Positions 24,912 to 36,200 of a stretch of DNA of 64,000 nt are shown here, piece after piece. The notes under the pieces were generated by a model, which was given only the letters and a program-made list of their open reading frames with translations, did no database searches and was not told where the DNA came from. The stretch's first letter is position 1. Each line of letters opens with the position of its first letter. The position numbers were made by a program, and so were the translations under genes. The stretch comes from Anaeramoeba ignava BMAN (lineage: Eukaryota > Protista > Anaeramoebae), in the NCBI GenBank assembly GCA_028826165.1, contig JAPDFW010000087.1:257526-321525 (forward strand), given 5' to 3'.

Positions 24912-27559
24912 ATGAGTTTTCTATTTGATAATTATTTTTTTGATAATTTTAATGATTATGGAGATCCTTTTGCAGATGATACTGAAATCAATTTCCTTTT
25001 TGATTCAAATAATTTTGATTTTACAGAAAACTCAGTTTTACCAGAAATTCAACCATTTTCTAAATTTGAGTAAAAAATTAAATTTATTACTTCAATTTTA
25101 ATAATAATTTTAATAATAAATTTAATAATAAATTTAATAATAAATTTAATAATAATTTTAATAATAATTTTAATAATAATTTTAATAATAATTTTAATAA
25201 TAATTTTAATAATAAATTTATTTATAATTTTAATAATAATTTTAATAATAATTTTAATAATAAATATAATAATAATTTTAATAATAAATTTTAATAATAA
25301 ATTTAATAATAATTTTAATAATAAATTTAATAATAATTTTAATAATAAATTTTAATAATAAATTTAATAATAATTTTAATAATAAATTTAATAATAAATT
25401 TAATAATAAATTTAATAATAATTTTAATAATAAATTTAATAATAAATTTAATAATAAATTTAATAATAAATTTAATAATAAATTTAATAATAATTTTAAT
25501 AATAAATTTAATAATAAATTTAATAATAAATTTAATAATAATTTTAATAATAATTTTAATAATAATTTTAATAATAAATTTAATAATATAAATTTAATAA
25601 TAATAAATTTAATAATAAATTTAATAATAATTTTAATAATAAATTTAATAACAAATAATTTTTAATAATAAATTTAATAATAATTTTAATAATAAATATA
25701 ATAATAATTTTAATAATAAATTTAATAATAAATTTAATAATAAATTTAATAATAAATTTAATAATAAATTTAATAATCATTTGAAATTTTTAGATCAAAA
25801 CAAAATACTCAAAATTTATTAAAATGTAATGAAAAAAAGATACCTTCACAAAGTGTTCATCAACAACAACAACAACAAGATAATCAACAAAGTTTTCAAT
25901 CAATAAAAGCACTTCAATCTAATGAATCAAAAAATGAATCAAATGAATCGAATCAATTAAAAAATGAATTAAATAATCAATTAAATAATCAATCAAATAA
26001 TTTTCAAGCTAAATTACCACGAAGAAACAAAAAAACAAAATCACAAGATTTGCAACTTCCAAATACTCATCTAAAAAGACAAAGAAAAACAAGCAAAAAA
26101 AAAAACAACAAAAAAAAAAGCAAAAAAAATAGTGAAGGAAAACAAAATAAAACAGAAAGACCATATCTATTACAATATGCAGGTAAATTTGGCATTCGAA
26201 GACTTCAACCTTTTTGGGATTTACTCACAAAACGAATTGAGAAACAAAAGGAATCTGAACTGGCAAATCAAGAAACAATGGAAAAAAAGCAAAAAAAACG
26301 GACTCGATTTGTAAAATCCAAAGAAGCAGCAAAACACTTCTCAGAGATTGAATGGCATGAAGAGGAGATTGAAATGCTCAAGCACTTTGTTGTTCCATTT
26401 GGTCGTGACTGGAAAAAACTCTCATCTTTAATGGGGAAATATAAAGAGTCCAACACAAATAAAGATGCTTTATTACAGAAAAAGAGTTGATGTTTTTTCA
26501 ACTGCACTTGGACTTGATGAACGCAATAAAGAACCAAATACTCCAGCTGAAGACGATTTGGATCCCAGCAAAAACATCATGAAAAAAAGAATCCAAGATA
26601 CAGAAACAATCACAGTTATTCCAAAAAGCAAGTATCGTGATCACGCAATTGATCACAAAAAAAATTCGACAAAACAAAATAAAATAGAAAATGACAAGCA
26701 GAAATCTCTAAAGGATTTGACACTAAAATTGACAACTAGCAGATCTACATTGCCTCATTCAGTGAGCCTTGAGAATATAAGGTTTCTTCTTGGAACTTCA
26801 AAACCCCCTGCTTTTCCATCACGCAATTTATCTTTTCCTTTGAGATCGCCACCTTTTGTTGCGCCAAACGAATCCATCGAAGCTGCACAGTCTCTTCTTT
26901 CAAAAATGCCAAAAATTAATGTAACGGATTTGAAGGAATGGTCGTCTTTTTTTGATAAGGTCTCTTTGCTTGGCCAAGATGAACCTGACTTAAATCTCCT
27001 TGTTTTCTCTCAAAATCCTAGTCTTGATTTTGATCAATTAAAAATTGCCGAACCTCATGTTTTTTATGCTGATTATCCTTCAATTTTTGGAGACAATTTC
27101 GATTATTCTGAAATGGAAAAAAAAATCGAAGAAATTCGCAATTCAAAAATGGATCCAAAAGAAACCCATTTTGTTCCTAATTTTGTTGCTGTTTTACTTG
27201 CTTTGAATAATGCAATCAATCTTACTTTAAGAGAAGCTTCTAATTTTCCCGAAATAATTTTTCAAACCGTTTTGAAAAGATCTGAATTCGATCCGGAATT
27301 AACTTCTTTAACTGATGAAAGTGTTGGATCTCTTAAACTGTTTTTGGCTTGGCTTGAATTGAGATTGCAAGTTAGAAATGTTCTTCAAATTCATGCTGAA
27401 AAAATTAGTCTTGAACATATTCAAAATAATCAAGAATGTGATGATTTAAATGAAATTTTAGTTAGAATGAGTAATTTGTCAAATGAAATGAGTACTTTTA
27501 AGAAAATGTTATTGAGGATTGCAACAGAATTATTCATTTCTTATATAACAACAATTTAA
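24912..27559 (+). CDS. SANT/Myb-domain protein, 2 exons, with one apparent frameshift
   Basis: Exon 24912-25069, intron 25070-25793, then an exon from 25794. Removing one G from GGGG (26433-26436) joins WHEEEIEMLKHFVVPFGRDWKKLSSLMG to NIKSPTQIKMLYYRKR, giving a complete SANT/Myb repeat, and fuses ORFs 26050..26490 and 26465..27559. Confidence 0.8.
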
Positions 27560-28448
27560 ACAAATATAAATTTAAACAAATACAAATTTAATTAAATACA
27601 AATTTAATTAAAACGGATATAAATAAGATCGAATTGGATTATTTTGATCACAATAAGAATAACAGCAAAGAAAAACACTTAAATTTACTTTTAAATTTAC
27701 TTTCAAATTTACTTTTAAATTTACTTTCAAATTTACTGATCTTTCTTTTCTTCTTTTTTTTTTGATTTAATTTGTTCCATTTGTTACTTTTTCTTTCTTT
27801 CTTTTTTTTTTTAAAATAGACTCATTTCTTTTTGTAATTGGTTTTTTTTTTCTTTTTGAAAATTTAAAAAAAAAATGGATAATAAAAATCTTAATGAGTT
27901 AAATTTAAATTTTTTATTTTAAAAAGAAAGGTTTTTTTTTTTGCTATAAAAGTTTGGGGTGTATTAAAGAAAAAGAGATCAGAAGAAGGAAATTTAAAAA
28001 AAAACAATTAAAACTTAAAGTTAAAAATTAAAAAAAATTTTTTATTAATTATTTTTATATTTTAAGATTTATTTTTTATTTTATTTTTAATTTTAATTTT
28101 ATTTTATTTTTGATAGGTAAATTTGCCTTTTAAATTTTTTATTAACCAATTATACCCCTTAAAAAACAAAAAAAAACAAATTAAAAAATTAATTAAAAAT
28201 GTTTATTTTTTTGATCATTTTAATTTTTTTTATTTAAATTTTTTTTTTTTTTTAAAATAATATTATTCATTTTTTCTTTCTTTCTTTCTTTAATCTTTTC
28301 CTTTTTTCTTTTTTACTTTTTAATTTTCTTTTTTTTTTTTCTTTTACATTTTAATCCCTTTCAAATAAAAATTCTTTTTTTTTTTTTAAAATAAATAATT
28401 TTTCAAAAAACAAAAAACAAAACAAAAAACATACTAATTAAATTTTTA

Positions 28449-31400
28449 ATGACAGAACAAAAGGATCTTATTTACAAATCACCAAGAAATATTTATGAAA
28501 AATATATCAACATTTATTTTATAAAACATATTCATCAAGGTGAAAAATTTTATATTTTTGGAAAGGCTCAAAAAAGTTGGAATAAACACAAAAATAATAA
28601 GAAATTTGTTGAAAATTTTATTCGAAAAAATTCCTCAAAATTTCTAAATGAAAAACTAAATGAAAAACTAAATGAAAAATCAAATGAAAAATCAAATGAA
28701 AAATCAAATGAAAAATTAAATGAAAATTTAAATGAAAATTTAAATGAAAATTCAAATGAAAAATTAAATGAAAATTCAAATGAAAAATCAAATGAAAATT
28801 TAAATGAAAAATCAAATGAAAATCTAAATGAAAATTTAAAATTTTCTCATTTACCCAAATTCAATTCAATCCAAATTCAAAAAAAACAAATCCAATGCCA
28901 ACAACAACAAAATCATCTTCCTCAATTTATTTCCGAGTTTCTTCCAGGATTTGATTTTGAGAATATGCTAAAATCACGTAAAAAGGATTTTTATGTTCTT
29001 CAAAATGTTGCTAAACAATGGTGTACTTATATTCAATTAAAAAATGAATATTCAAACAATTTAATTCGAACAGCAAGACATCGTTCAATACTTGCCCAAA
29101 GTATTAAACAAGTCGAAGAAAAAGCAAGTGATCTGAAAGTAAAATTATATGGAAGTCGGCATTTATTTTCTTCATCTCCAATTAAAGATGAATTTAGTCA
29201 AGAAAACGAACAAAATCAAATTAATGAACAAAATCAAATTGATCAAATTAATAAAGAAAATCAAATTAATCAAATTAATGAACAAAGTCAAATTAATCAA
29301 ATTAATCAAATTAATGAAGAAAATCAAATCAATGAAGAAAATCAAGAAAATAATTTAAATGAGGATCAAATTAATGAAGAAAATCATTCAAATGAAAATA
29401 TAAAATGTACATGTAAATTCTGCATTACAAAATTCCTTAATAATATCTTTACAGAATTTAATGATTTCGTATCATTGATTCTGACTTCTAAAAAAAGACT
29501 CAGAAAAAGAATTTATAGACAAAGAGCACTAGCAAAAAAACATGCGAAAAGAAAAGAGTTACAAGAAAAAGAACAAAACTCAACCAAGAAAACAAAGACC
29601 CAAAAATCACCCAAAATGAAACTAGAAGAAAAACAAGAAAAAAATGAAGAGGAGCATTCTGTTCAATCCGAATCATGCAGTTTAGGATGTTGTCACAACA
29701 AACCAGAAAATAGACAGACAAAAAATGCACAAATGCAAAACAGACAAAAACAAAAAGATGAATCTGTAAATGAAGAAAGCAACGAATCAACAAAATGTCG
29801 TTGTGGTTGTCGATGCGGTGATAATTTCCAACAACTTTCACATTTACAATCACTAATTCAAAATACGGCTCAAGCTCTCCAATCACAACAGATGTATTTT
29901 TTCCCACAATATCCAATAGCAAACCCTTCTTTTTATCAACCGTTTTTTAATTCTGTTCAAGATCCTGTTACTTTTCTTTGTTTCAATTTGTGTTATTGGG
30001 ATGAAGTCGAATACCAATTAATCTCAAAAATGAATTCGGGAAAAGGAACGTTTCCTTTATCAATTGATTTACTATCAAACCTAATCTGCGAAATAAAGGA
30101 TGCTGACTTGATTCCACTTGATTATATTGCCCAGAGATATCAAATTTCTCAAGAGTTTTTAAGCAGCTTGGAATCACAAATTGCTCTAAATTTCCCAGTT
30201 ATTTTGGTTAAGAAAAATAACAAATCGTTGTTTGTCAATATCCATAAAATTATGCAAGGAAATGTTTTGATTGATTTGATTAATTTTTGCAATATTTCTT
30301 TATCTTCAGAAATTTATCAAGATATCCAAAATCATCTTGAACAAAAATTCCACCAAAAAATCCAAAAACAAGCATTTCAAAATGGAAATTATTTGCCAGC
30401 TCAAAATTCACATCAATGCAGTCATGCAATGGATTATGAACTAAGATATTTTCTTCAAACAGAAATAATCCAAAGACCTTCTTTTCTTTCAAAATTGCCG
30501 CCAAATGTGGGGAATTTACTTCAAAATATCAATAATCATTCAAAAAACATGATTCAAAGTGAAAAAAAATCTGATTCTTTGGAAGCATATTCTCCTCTCA
30601 CTTCAATTACTGTGCAAAACTCATTACCCAATCAGTCTATTGCTGTGAAATTAAAGCATCCTGATTTTTTTTATTGTCATACTTTGGTTCAATATTTGTC
30701 TGAAATGAGTTCTCTTTATCCCGAAGAATGTGCAATGATTTCTTTTGGAAATTTGAATACAATTCATGTTGATGGATTATCTCCTTTAGGATCAAATTTA
30801 CGAATTATAGATTTCTTTGAGAATCAAACAAATCCATTTTTCCAAATGCCAACAAGAAACCCTATTTATGAACAATCAATGAAATTTGGAAATGCAAATG
30901 AATGGATAGAAGGGAATTATTATAATGGAGTAAATAAGGAGAATTATGAGGAGAATTATGGAGAAGTTTCATTGAATCAAAATCATTTAAATCAAAATCA
31001 ATTAAATCAAAATCATTTAAATCAAAATCAATTAAATCAAAATCAATTAAATCAAAATCATTTAAATCAAAATCATTTAAATCAAAATCATTTAAATCAA
31101 AATCATTTAAATCAAAATCATTTAAATCAAAATCATTTAAATCAAAATCAATTAAATCAACATTTAAATCAAAATCAATTAAATCAAAATCAATTGAATC
31201 AAAATCAATTAAATCAAAATCAATTAAATCAAAATCAATTAAATCAAAATCATTTGAATCAAAAACAAAAATCCCCAAATTTTACTCTCACATCAACAGG
31301 ATACATGCTTCTCAAAAAAACAAATCCTCAACAATTCTACTTTGATGCTTTGGGAAGAAAACATTTACAAACTCCAAAATCAATATCAAACACAGTAATT

Positions 31401-32384
31401 TCAAGAGCAACAAAAAATAAATCACCAACTGCAGAATCATTTGCAAACGATTTATTCGAAATTCTCCAAAATAACAACAAACCAATTGTTTCGCTAATTG
31501 TGGATAGCGGAAATCCTGAAACAGATCCTGCTTCATTGCTCGCGACAATATATTACGGAAGAATTTGGAGAGATCTTAATCTTGATATGCTAAATGTTGC
31601 TTGTCACACCCCAGACTCAAATAAATACAACTACATCAATGATTTAAGGAAAAATTTCGAAAATCAAATCCATCAATTAAAATATCAAACATTTTTTGCA
31701 AACCAAAAACTATCTGAATTTTTCCATCAACAAGACCCTTCTCAAAAAAACTTTGATTTGCAAGAAAAAAACATTTCAGACCAATTATTAAATAAAATTG
31801 ATGAATTTTGGAAAAATCAAAAATTCAATAACGAAAAAATCAACACAAAAATCAACGAAACAATCAGTGAAAAAATTAATCAAGGATTTTATCATGATTA
31901 TAAATTGATTCAAAGATTCCTATCAGCACCGCTTAGTGTGATTCAAAACGATCCAACTCTTTTAAATCTTCATAAAGAAATTGCATTTTTATTAAAACAT
32001 GTTGATCGCAAGTTCCATTTCCTTTCATTTACAAAATGTTTCAGAAATAAATGCGAATTTTGTCAACAAAATGAATTCCGTTCAAAAAATATTTCTTCTC
32101 TCTTAGAAAAGAATGATTTCCGAGTTTTTTTACCTATAACTTCAGGAAATCATCCTGGTCATTATTGCACCTTTTTGGAAGCAGCAGAAAAAAAAACTCA
32201 TCAAGTCACTGATTTTTGTCTTCCTTCACTTTCTCAAAAAGAATACGTTCAACATTTCTTTTGTAGAGCTTTACAAAGATGTAGATATTTTTCTTTAAAT
32301 CAAGATGATTTGGAAAGACATGAAAAAGTTTTTCATAAGCCTAATCCTCATAATAAAGATGCTCCTTTCGTTTGTTGTATGTGA
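28449..32384 (+). CDS. 1311-aa protein with a C-terminal Zator/TP36-like transposase domain with degenerate catalytic residues (putative domesticated transposase)
   Basis: Intact ORF with an ordered motif series: HPDFFY..SFGNLNTIHV..LTSTGYMLL..DALGRKH..SRATK..SPTAESFANDL..KPIVSLIVDSGNP..YYGRIWRDLNLDML..HTPDSNKYNYI..HVDRK..FTKC..C..C..HPGHYCTF..C..C..RHEKVFH. As I recall it, this matches the Zator-type transposase layout. No TIRs are visible. Confidence 0.72.
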   Translation: MTEQKDLIYKSPRNIYEKYINIYFIKHIHQGEKFYIFGKAQKSWNKHKNNKKFVENFIRKNSSKFLNEKLNEKLNEKSNEKSNEKSNEKLNENLNENLNENSNEKLNENSNEKSNENLNEKSNENLNENLKFSHLPKFNSIQIQKKQIQCQQQQNHLPQFISEFLPGFDFENMLKSRKKDFYVLQNVAKQWCTYIQLKNEYSNNLIRTARHRSILAQSIKQVEEKASDLKVKLYGSRHLFSSSPIKDEFSQENEQNQINEQNQIDQINKENQINQINEQSQINQINQINEENQINEENQENNLNEDQINEENHSNENIKCTCKFCITKFLNNIFTEFNDFVSLILTSKKRLRKRIYRQRALAKKHAKRKELQEKEQNSTKKTKTQKSPKMKLEEKQEKNEEEHSVQSESCSLGCCHNKPENRQTKNAQMQNRQKQKDESVNEESNESTKCRCGCRCGDNFQQLSHLQSLIQNTAQALQSQQMYFFPQYPIANPSFYQPFFNSVQDPVTFLCFNLCYWDEVEYQLISKMNSGKGTFPLSIDLLSNLICEIKDADLIPLDYIAQRYQISQEFLSSLESQIALNFPVILVKKNNKSLFVNIHKIMQGNVLIDLINFCNISLSSEIYQDIQNHLEQKFHQKIQKQAFQNGNYLPAQNSHQCSHAMDYELRYFLQTEIIQRPSFLSKLPPNVGNLLQNINNHSKNMIQSEKKSDSLEAYSPLTSITVQNSLPNQSIAVKLKHPDFFYCHTLVQYLSEMSSLYPEECAMISFGNLNTIHVDGLSPLGSNLRIIDFFENQTNPFFQMPTRNPIYEQSMKFGNANEWIEGNYYNGVNKENYEENYGEVSLNQNHLNQNQLNQNHLNQNQLNQNQLNQNHLNQNHLNQNHLNQNHLNQNHLNQNHLNQNQLNQHLNQNQLNQNQLNQNQLNQNQLNQNQLNQNHLNQKQKSPNFTLTSTGYMLLKKTNPQQFYFDALGRKHLQTPKSISNTVISRATKNKSPTAESFANDLFEILQNNNKPIVSLIVDSGNPETDPASLLATIYYGRIWRDLNLDMLNVACHTPDSNKYNYINDLRKNFENQIHQLKYQTFFANQKLSEFFHQQDPSQKNFDLQEKNISDQLLNKIDEFWKNQKFNNEKINTKINETISEKINQGFYHDYKLIQRFLSAPLSVIQNDPTLLNLHKEIAFLLKHVDRKFHFLSFTKCFRNKCEFCQQNEFRSKNISSLLEKNDFRVFLPITSGNHPGHYCTFLEAAEKKTHQVTDFCLPSLSQKEYVQHFFCRALQRCRYFSLNQDDLERHEKVFHKPNPHNKDAPFVCCM

Positions 32385-32554
32385 AAATGGGTTGCTTTAT
32401 TCTTTATATCTTTTTTCCGTTTTTTTTTTTTCTTGCATTGTTTTTTTCCGTTTTTTTTTAGTTGTCTTTTTTTTTTCTTATTGAAAAATTTTTTCAAAAA
32501 AGAAAAAAAAGATCAAGACCAATAAGATAAAATCAAAAAAAAAAATATAATTAA

Positions 32555-33050
32555 TTTCTTTTTTTTTTGAATAATCAATTCAATAGGAAAAATAAAATTA
32601 ATTTATTATTTTATTAAATTTAAAATGAATAAAAAGGAAAATTAAATTATTAAATTTAAAATGAATAAAATTAAAATTATATTTGTTCCACTTTTTTTTA
32701 AATAATAAAATTAATAGGAAAAATAAAATTAATTTATTAATTTATTAAATTTAAAATGAATAAAATTAAAATTATTATTTGTTAATTAAAAAGAATAAAA
32801 AGGAAAATTATTTATTCCACTTTTTTTTGAATAATAAAATTAATAGGAAAAAAAAAATAAAATAAATTTATTAAATTTAAAATGAAATAAAAAAGGAAAA
32901 AAATCGTTTGATCGATCAATTAATTTTAAAATAAATAAAAAAGGAAAAAAGGAAAAAAGGAAAGCAATTATCTATTCCACTTTTTTTTGAATAAAAAATA
33001 AATTAATTTTAATTTCAATTTATTAATTTTAAAAATAATTAAAAAAAGGA
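32555..33050. repeat. Three to four imperfect ~130-160-bp repeats, each carrying TTCCACTTTTTTTT
   Basis: The block AATAGGAAAAATAAAATTAATTTATT...TAAATTTAAAATGAATAAAA...TTCCACTTTTTTTT recurs near 32685, 32815 and 32975. Confidence 0.7.
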
Positions 33051-33244
33051 AAAAAAAAACAAAGAATTAAGAAAGACACCTTTATTTTTTTTGTAATAAA
33101 AGAAGACATCTTTATTTTTTTTTTTGTTTTGTTTGTCTTTTTTTTTTTACTTTTTAAAAAAAATTTTTTTTTCATTTTTTTTTTCATTTTTTTTATAAAT
33201 TTTTGTTTATGATTTTGATATTTTAAAACAAAAATTTTCCTTCA

Positions 33245-36200
33245 ATGATTAATGGAAATGAAAAAGAAAATGAAAAAGAAAATGAAAAAGGAAAACAAAA
33301 AGGAAAAGGAAACGAACAAGAAAAAGGAAAAGAAACACAAAAGCAGACAGAAAATAAAAGTGGAAAAGAACAACAAAAACAAAAACAAATTGAAATTGAA
33401 ATTGAAATTGAAATTCCAAAAGAAAAAAAGAAAAAGAAAAAGAAAAAGAAAAAGAAATTGAAAAAGAAAATGCAAAAGAAAATGAAATTGAAAATGAAAA
33501 TGAAATTGAAAATGAAAAAGAAAATGAAAAAGAAAATGAAATTGAAAAAGAAATTGAAAAAGAAATGAAAAAGAAAATGAAAAAGAAAATGAAAAAGAAA
33601 TTGAAAAAGAAAATGAAATCGAAATTGAAAAACAACCTGAAAAAAGACCAAGAACAAGCAGAATGCAAACTCGAAGAAAAACAAGAAGTTTGCAAATAAA
33701 AAAAAAGAAAACCGTTTTAAATTCAAAAATTCTATCAAATGAATTGTTCAAAAAAATAATTAAATTTTCAAAAGGAAAAGAAAAACTGAAATTAACAAAA
33801 ATTAATGAAGGAGAAAAAATTTTTTCAATTAGAGATTTCTATCAAAAATGCAAAGATTATCAAAACATACTGATTGTGATACAAATAAATGAAAAGCAAA
33901 TCATAGGGGGATACAGTCGAGTTGGATGGAAAGGATTAGGTGGAATTGAAATTGAAGATAATGGATCTTTTTTGTTTCTTTTTGAACTTGAAAAAAAACC
34001 AAAACCAGAAAATATATTTTATGCCCATCACATTTACGATTCAAAGCAGGCTGGTCCTTTTATAGCAACACAAGACAATTCCGTTTATATGGATATTAAT
34101 CCTTCTTTTGTGAAAACTTCTCCTCTTTTTGGCGGTTATCAATTTAGTCAAGTTGATCTATCTGTTTCTCATTTAATCAATAAATACGAAGTTTTTTCTT
34201 TGGGTGATTATGCTGATCAACTTATTATTCCTAGATTCAATTCAAATACTTCTGATACTCAAAATATTGTTCTCAAAAATGATTCTTTTGGTTCGCTACT
34301 TTATATTTCAAATGGGATTGAATTAATTAATTTAGTTAAAATGCCTTTTGTTATTGGATATGATGAATCGGTAAATTTAGTGCTTCATGATCAAGGAATA
34401 AATGAAAAAGTAGTAGAAATTTCAGTAGAATTTGATCAAAATAAAGTAAGAATTGAAATGAATAAATTCAAAATAATTAAAGAATAAATTCAAAATAATT
34501 AAAGAATAAATTCAAAATAATTAAAAAATAAATTCAAAATAATTAAAAAATAATTAAAAAATAAATTCAAAATAAATTCAAAATAATTAGAATAAAACCT
34601 TATATGCCAAATTTTTATCAAAAAGAAGAAATGTTTTTGGTATTGGCAAAATGAATGTAAATGAAAAAAAGCAGCTATACAAAGGATCAGAATTTCTTGT
34701 TGAAGGTCTTTTAATACATAGATTTATTTATTTACCAAAAGGTTATTTAAATGATACCATTAAAGAAAATTCAGGATATTTCCAACAAAAAGAAAATTTA
34801 AATCAAGAAATACCTAATGAACTAGGAGATAAAAATATCTCAATGACTTTTGATAATACCTCAACGAATCTTCAAAATAGCCAATCGAATATGAAAACTT
34901 CAATGAATTTTATAAATAATCCTATGGTTATTACAAAAAAATCAATGGATATCCAAATCAATCAAACGAATAATCAAAATATTCAAACTATTCAAAATAA
35001 CCAGAGCAAAACAATTTTTGATCCACAAATAACACAACAAATAATTAATTCAGTTCCTAAAAATTTACAAAATTTCTTTTATGTTCCTGAGGATATTCAA
35101 CTCAACCAAAAAAGAACCGAAAATTCACACTTTAAAAATTTACTTGAAGTTGTATTAGAATCAATAAAAGCACAAATTGAGCTCCATCAAAATACAGGAG
35201 ATAATCGAGTCAAAGAAAGCGTTTCAAACTCCAAAATCTTAGCCTTAGTTGGTGAAGGCAGAACAGAAGCACTCCAAATAGAACTCGCTATGAATTGCGC
35301 GAAAATTTTGGATGCAAATTTTTTCCTTTTCGATCCATCAAAATTTGGATTGTATTCATTGCATAAACGAAGAAGTAAAAACATGACCCATATTGAAAGA
35401 GAGATCCAAATATTATCAACACTTCTTCCCGAAACAGATATGAGAAAAATACGTCAAGAACTTATGAAAGTTATACCCCTTACACACGAAAACATTCACA
35501 TTGGAAAAACTGTCAGATTATTAAAGGATATCCACAATCAGTCTCGCAACGAGATGATGATTTTCCCGCGTTCAGGAAGCGTTGGGAAAATTGTGGCTAT
35601 TTTGGATGATAAGAAAGATCTTTTTGTTGTCAAACTCGATGACTATGCATCTAAAGGAAGTGATATTGGAGGATTGTGTCCTCAAAAAGATGGTTTTGTT
35701 GTCAGGCTCAATGAAATTGCAGAACCAGAAAACACAAATTCCGTGTTTAGTTATATATCATCAAAAATTGAGGAAATGGCCGAGAATTCTATGTCAAGAA
35801 AATTGATGATTTTCGTCAGAAATGCTGAAAAATGCATTGATTTCCCACAGAAATATCTGGAAGAGTGGAAGGACTTTCTTCACAGTTTGGCTCAAAAAAA
35901 TACCATTTTACTCGGAAGTATTTCATCAACCTCTCTTTTTGAGGAATTTTCTCATAATGATTTTTCTCAAAACACAAAGAACACACAAAACCAAGACACA
36001 AACAATAAACTTTTGGGAAATCAAGCGAAAATTATTCAACAGCCATCAAATACAAGTGAAAAACTATCCAAAAACTTATCAAAACAAATGGATCTTGATC
36101 CGCGCAATCCGGAGTATAAAAGCCAGAGCAAAATAATTGTTTCTTCAATGTCAGATCTTGAATCCATCGAGGCAAAATCGAAACGAATGTCACGGTATTC

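Noticed and set aside
26431-26447. Programmed ribosomal frameshift in the Myb gene (likewise at ~33425, ~33563, ~48400-48645 and ~63216)
   Set aside because: All sites are single-base changes in homopolymer or repeat runs, in both directions and with no shared slippery motif. This is typical of long-read consensus error; reads are needed to be certain.
27950-28160. GGGGTGTAT ... TATACCCC as transposon terminal inverted repeats
   Set aside because: Both lie upstream of the transposase-like ORF, only ~200 bp apart and imperfect, and no matching end is visible downstream of 32384.
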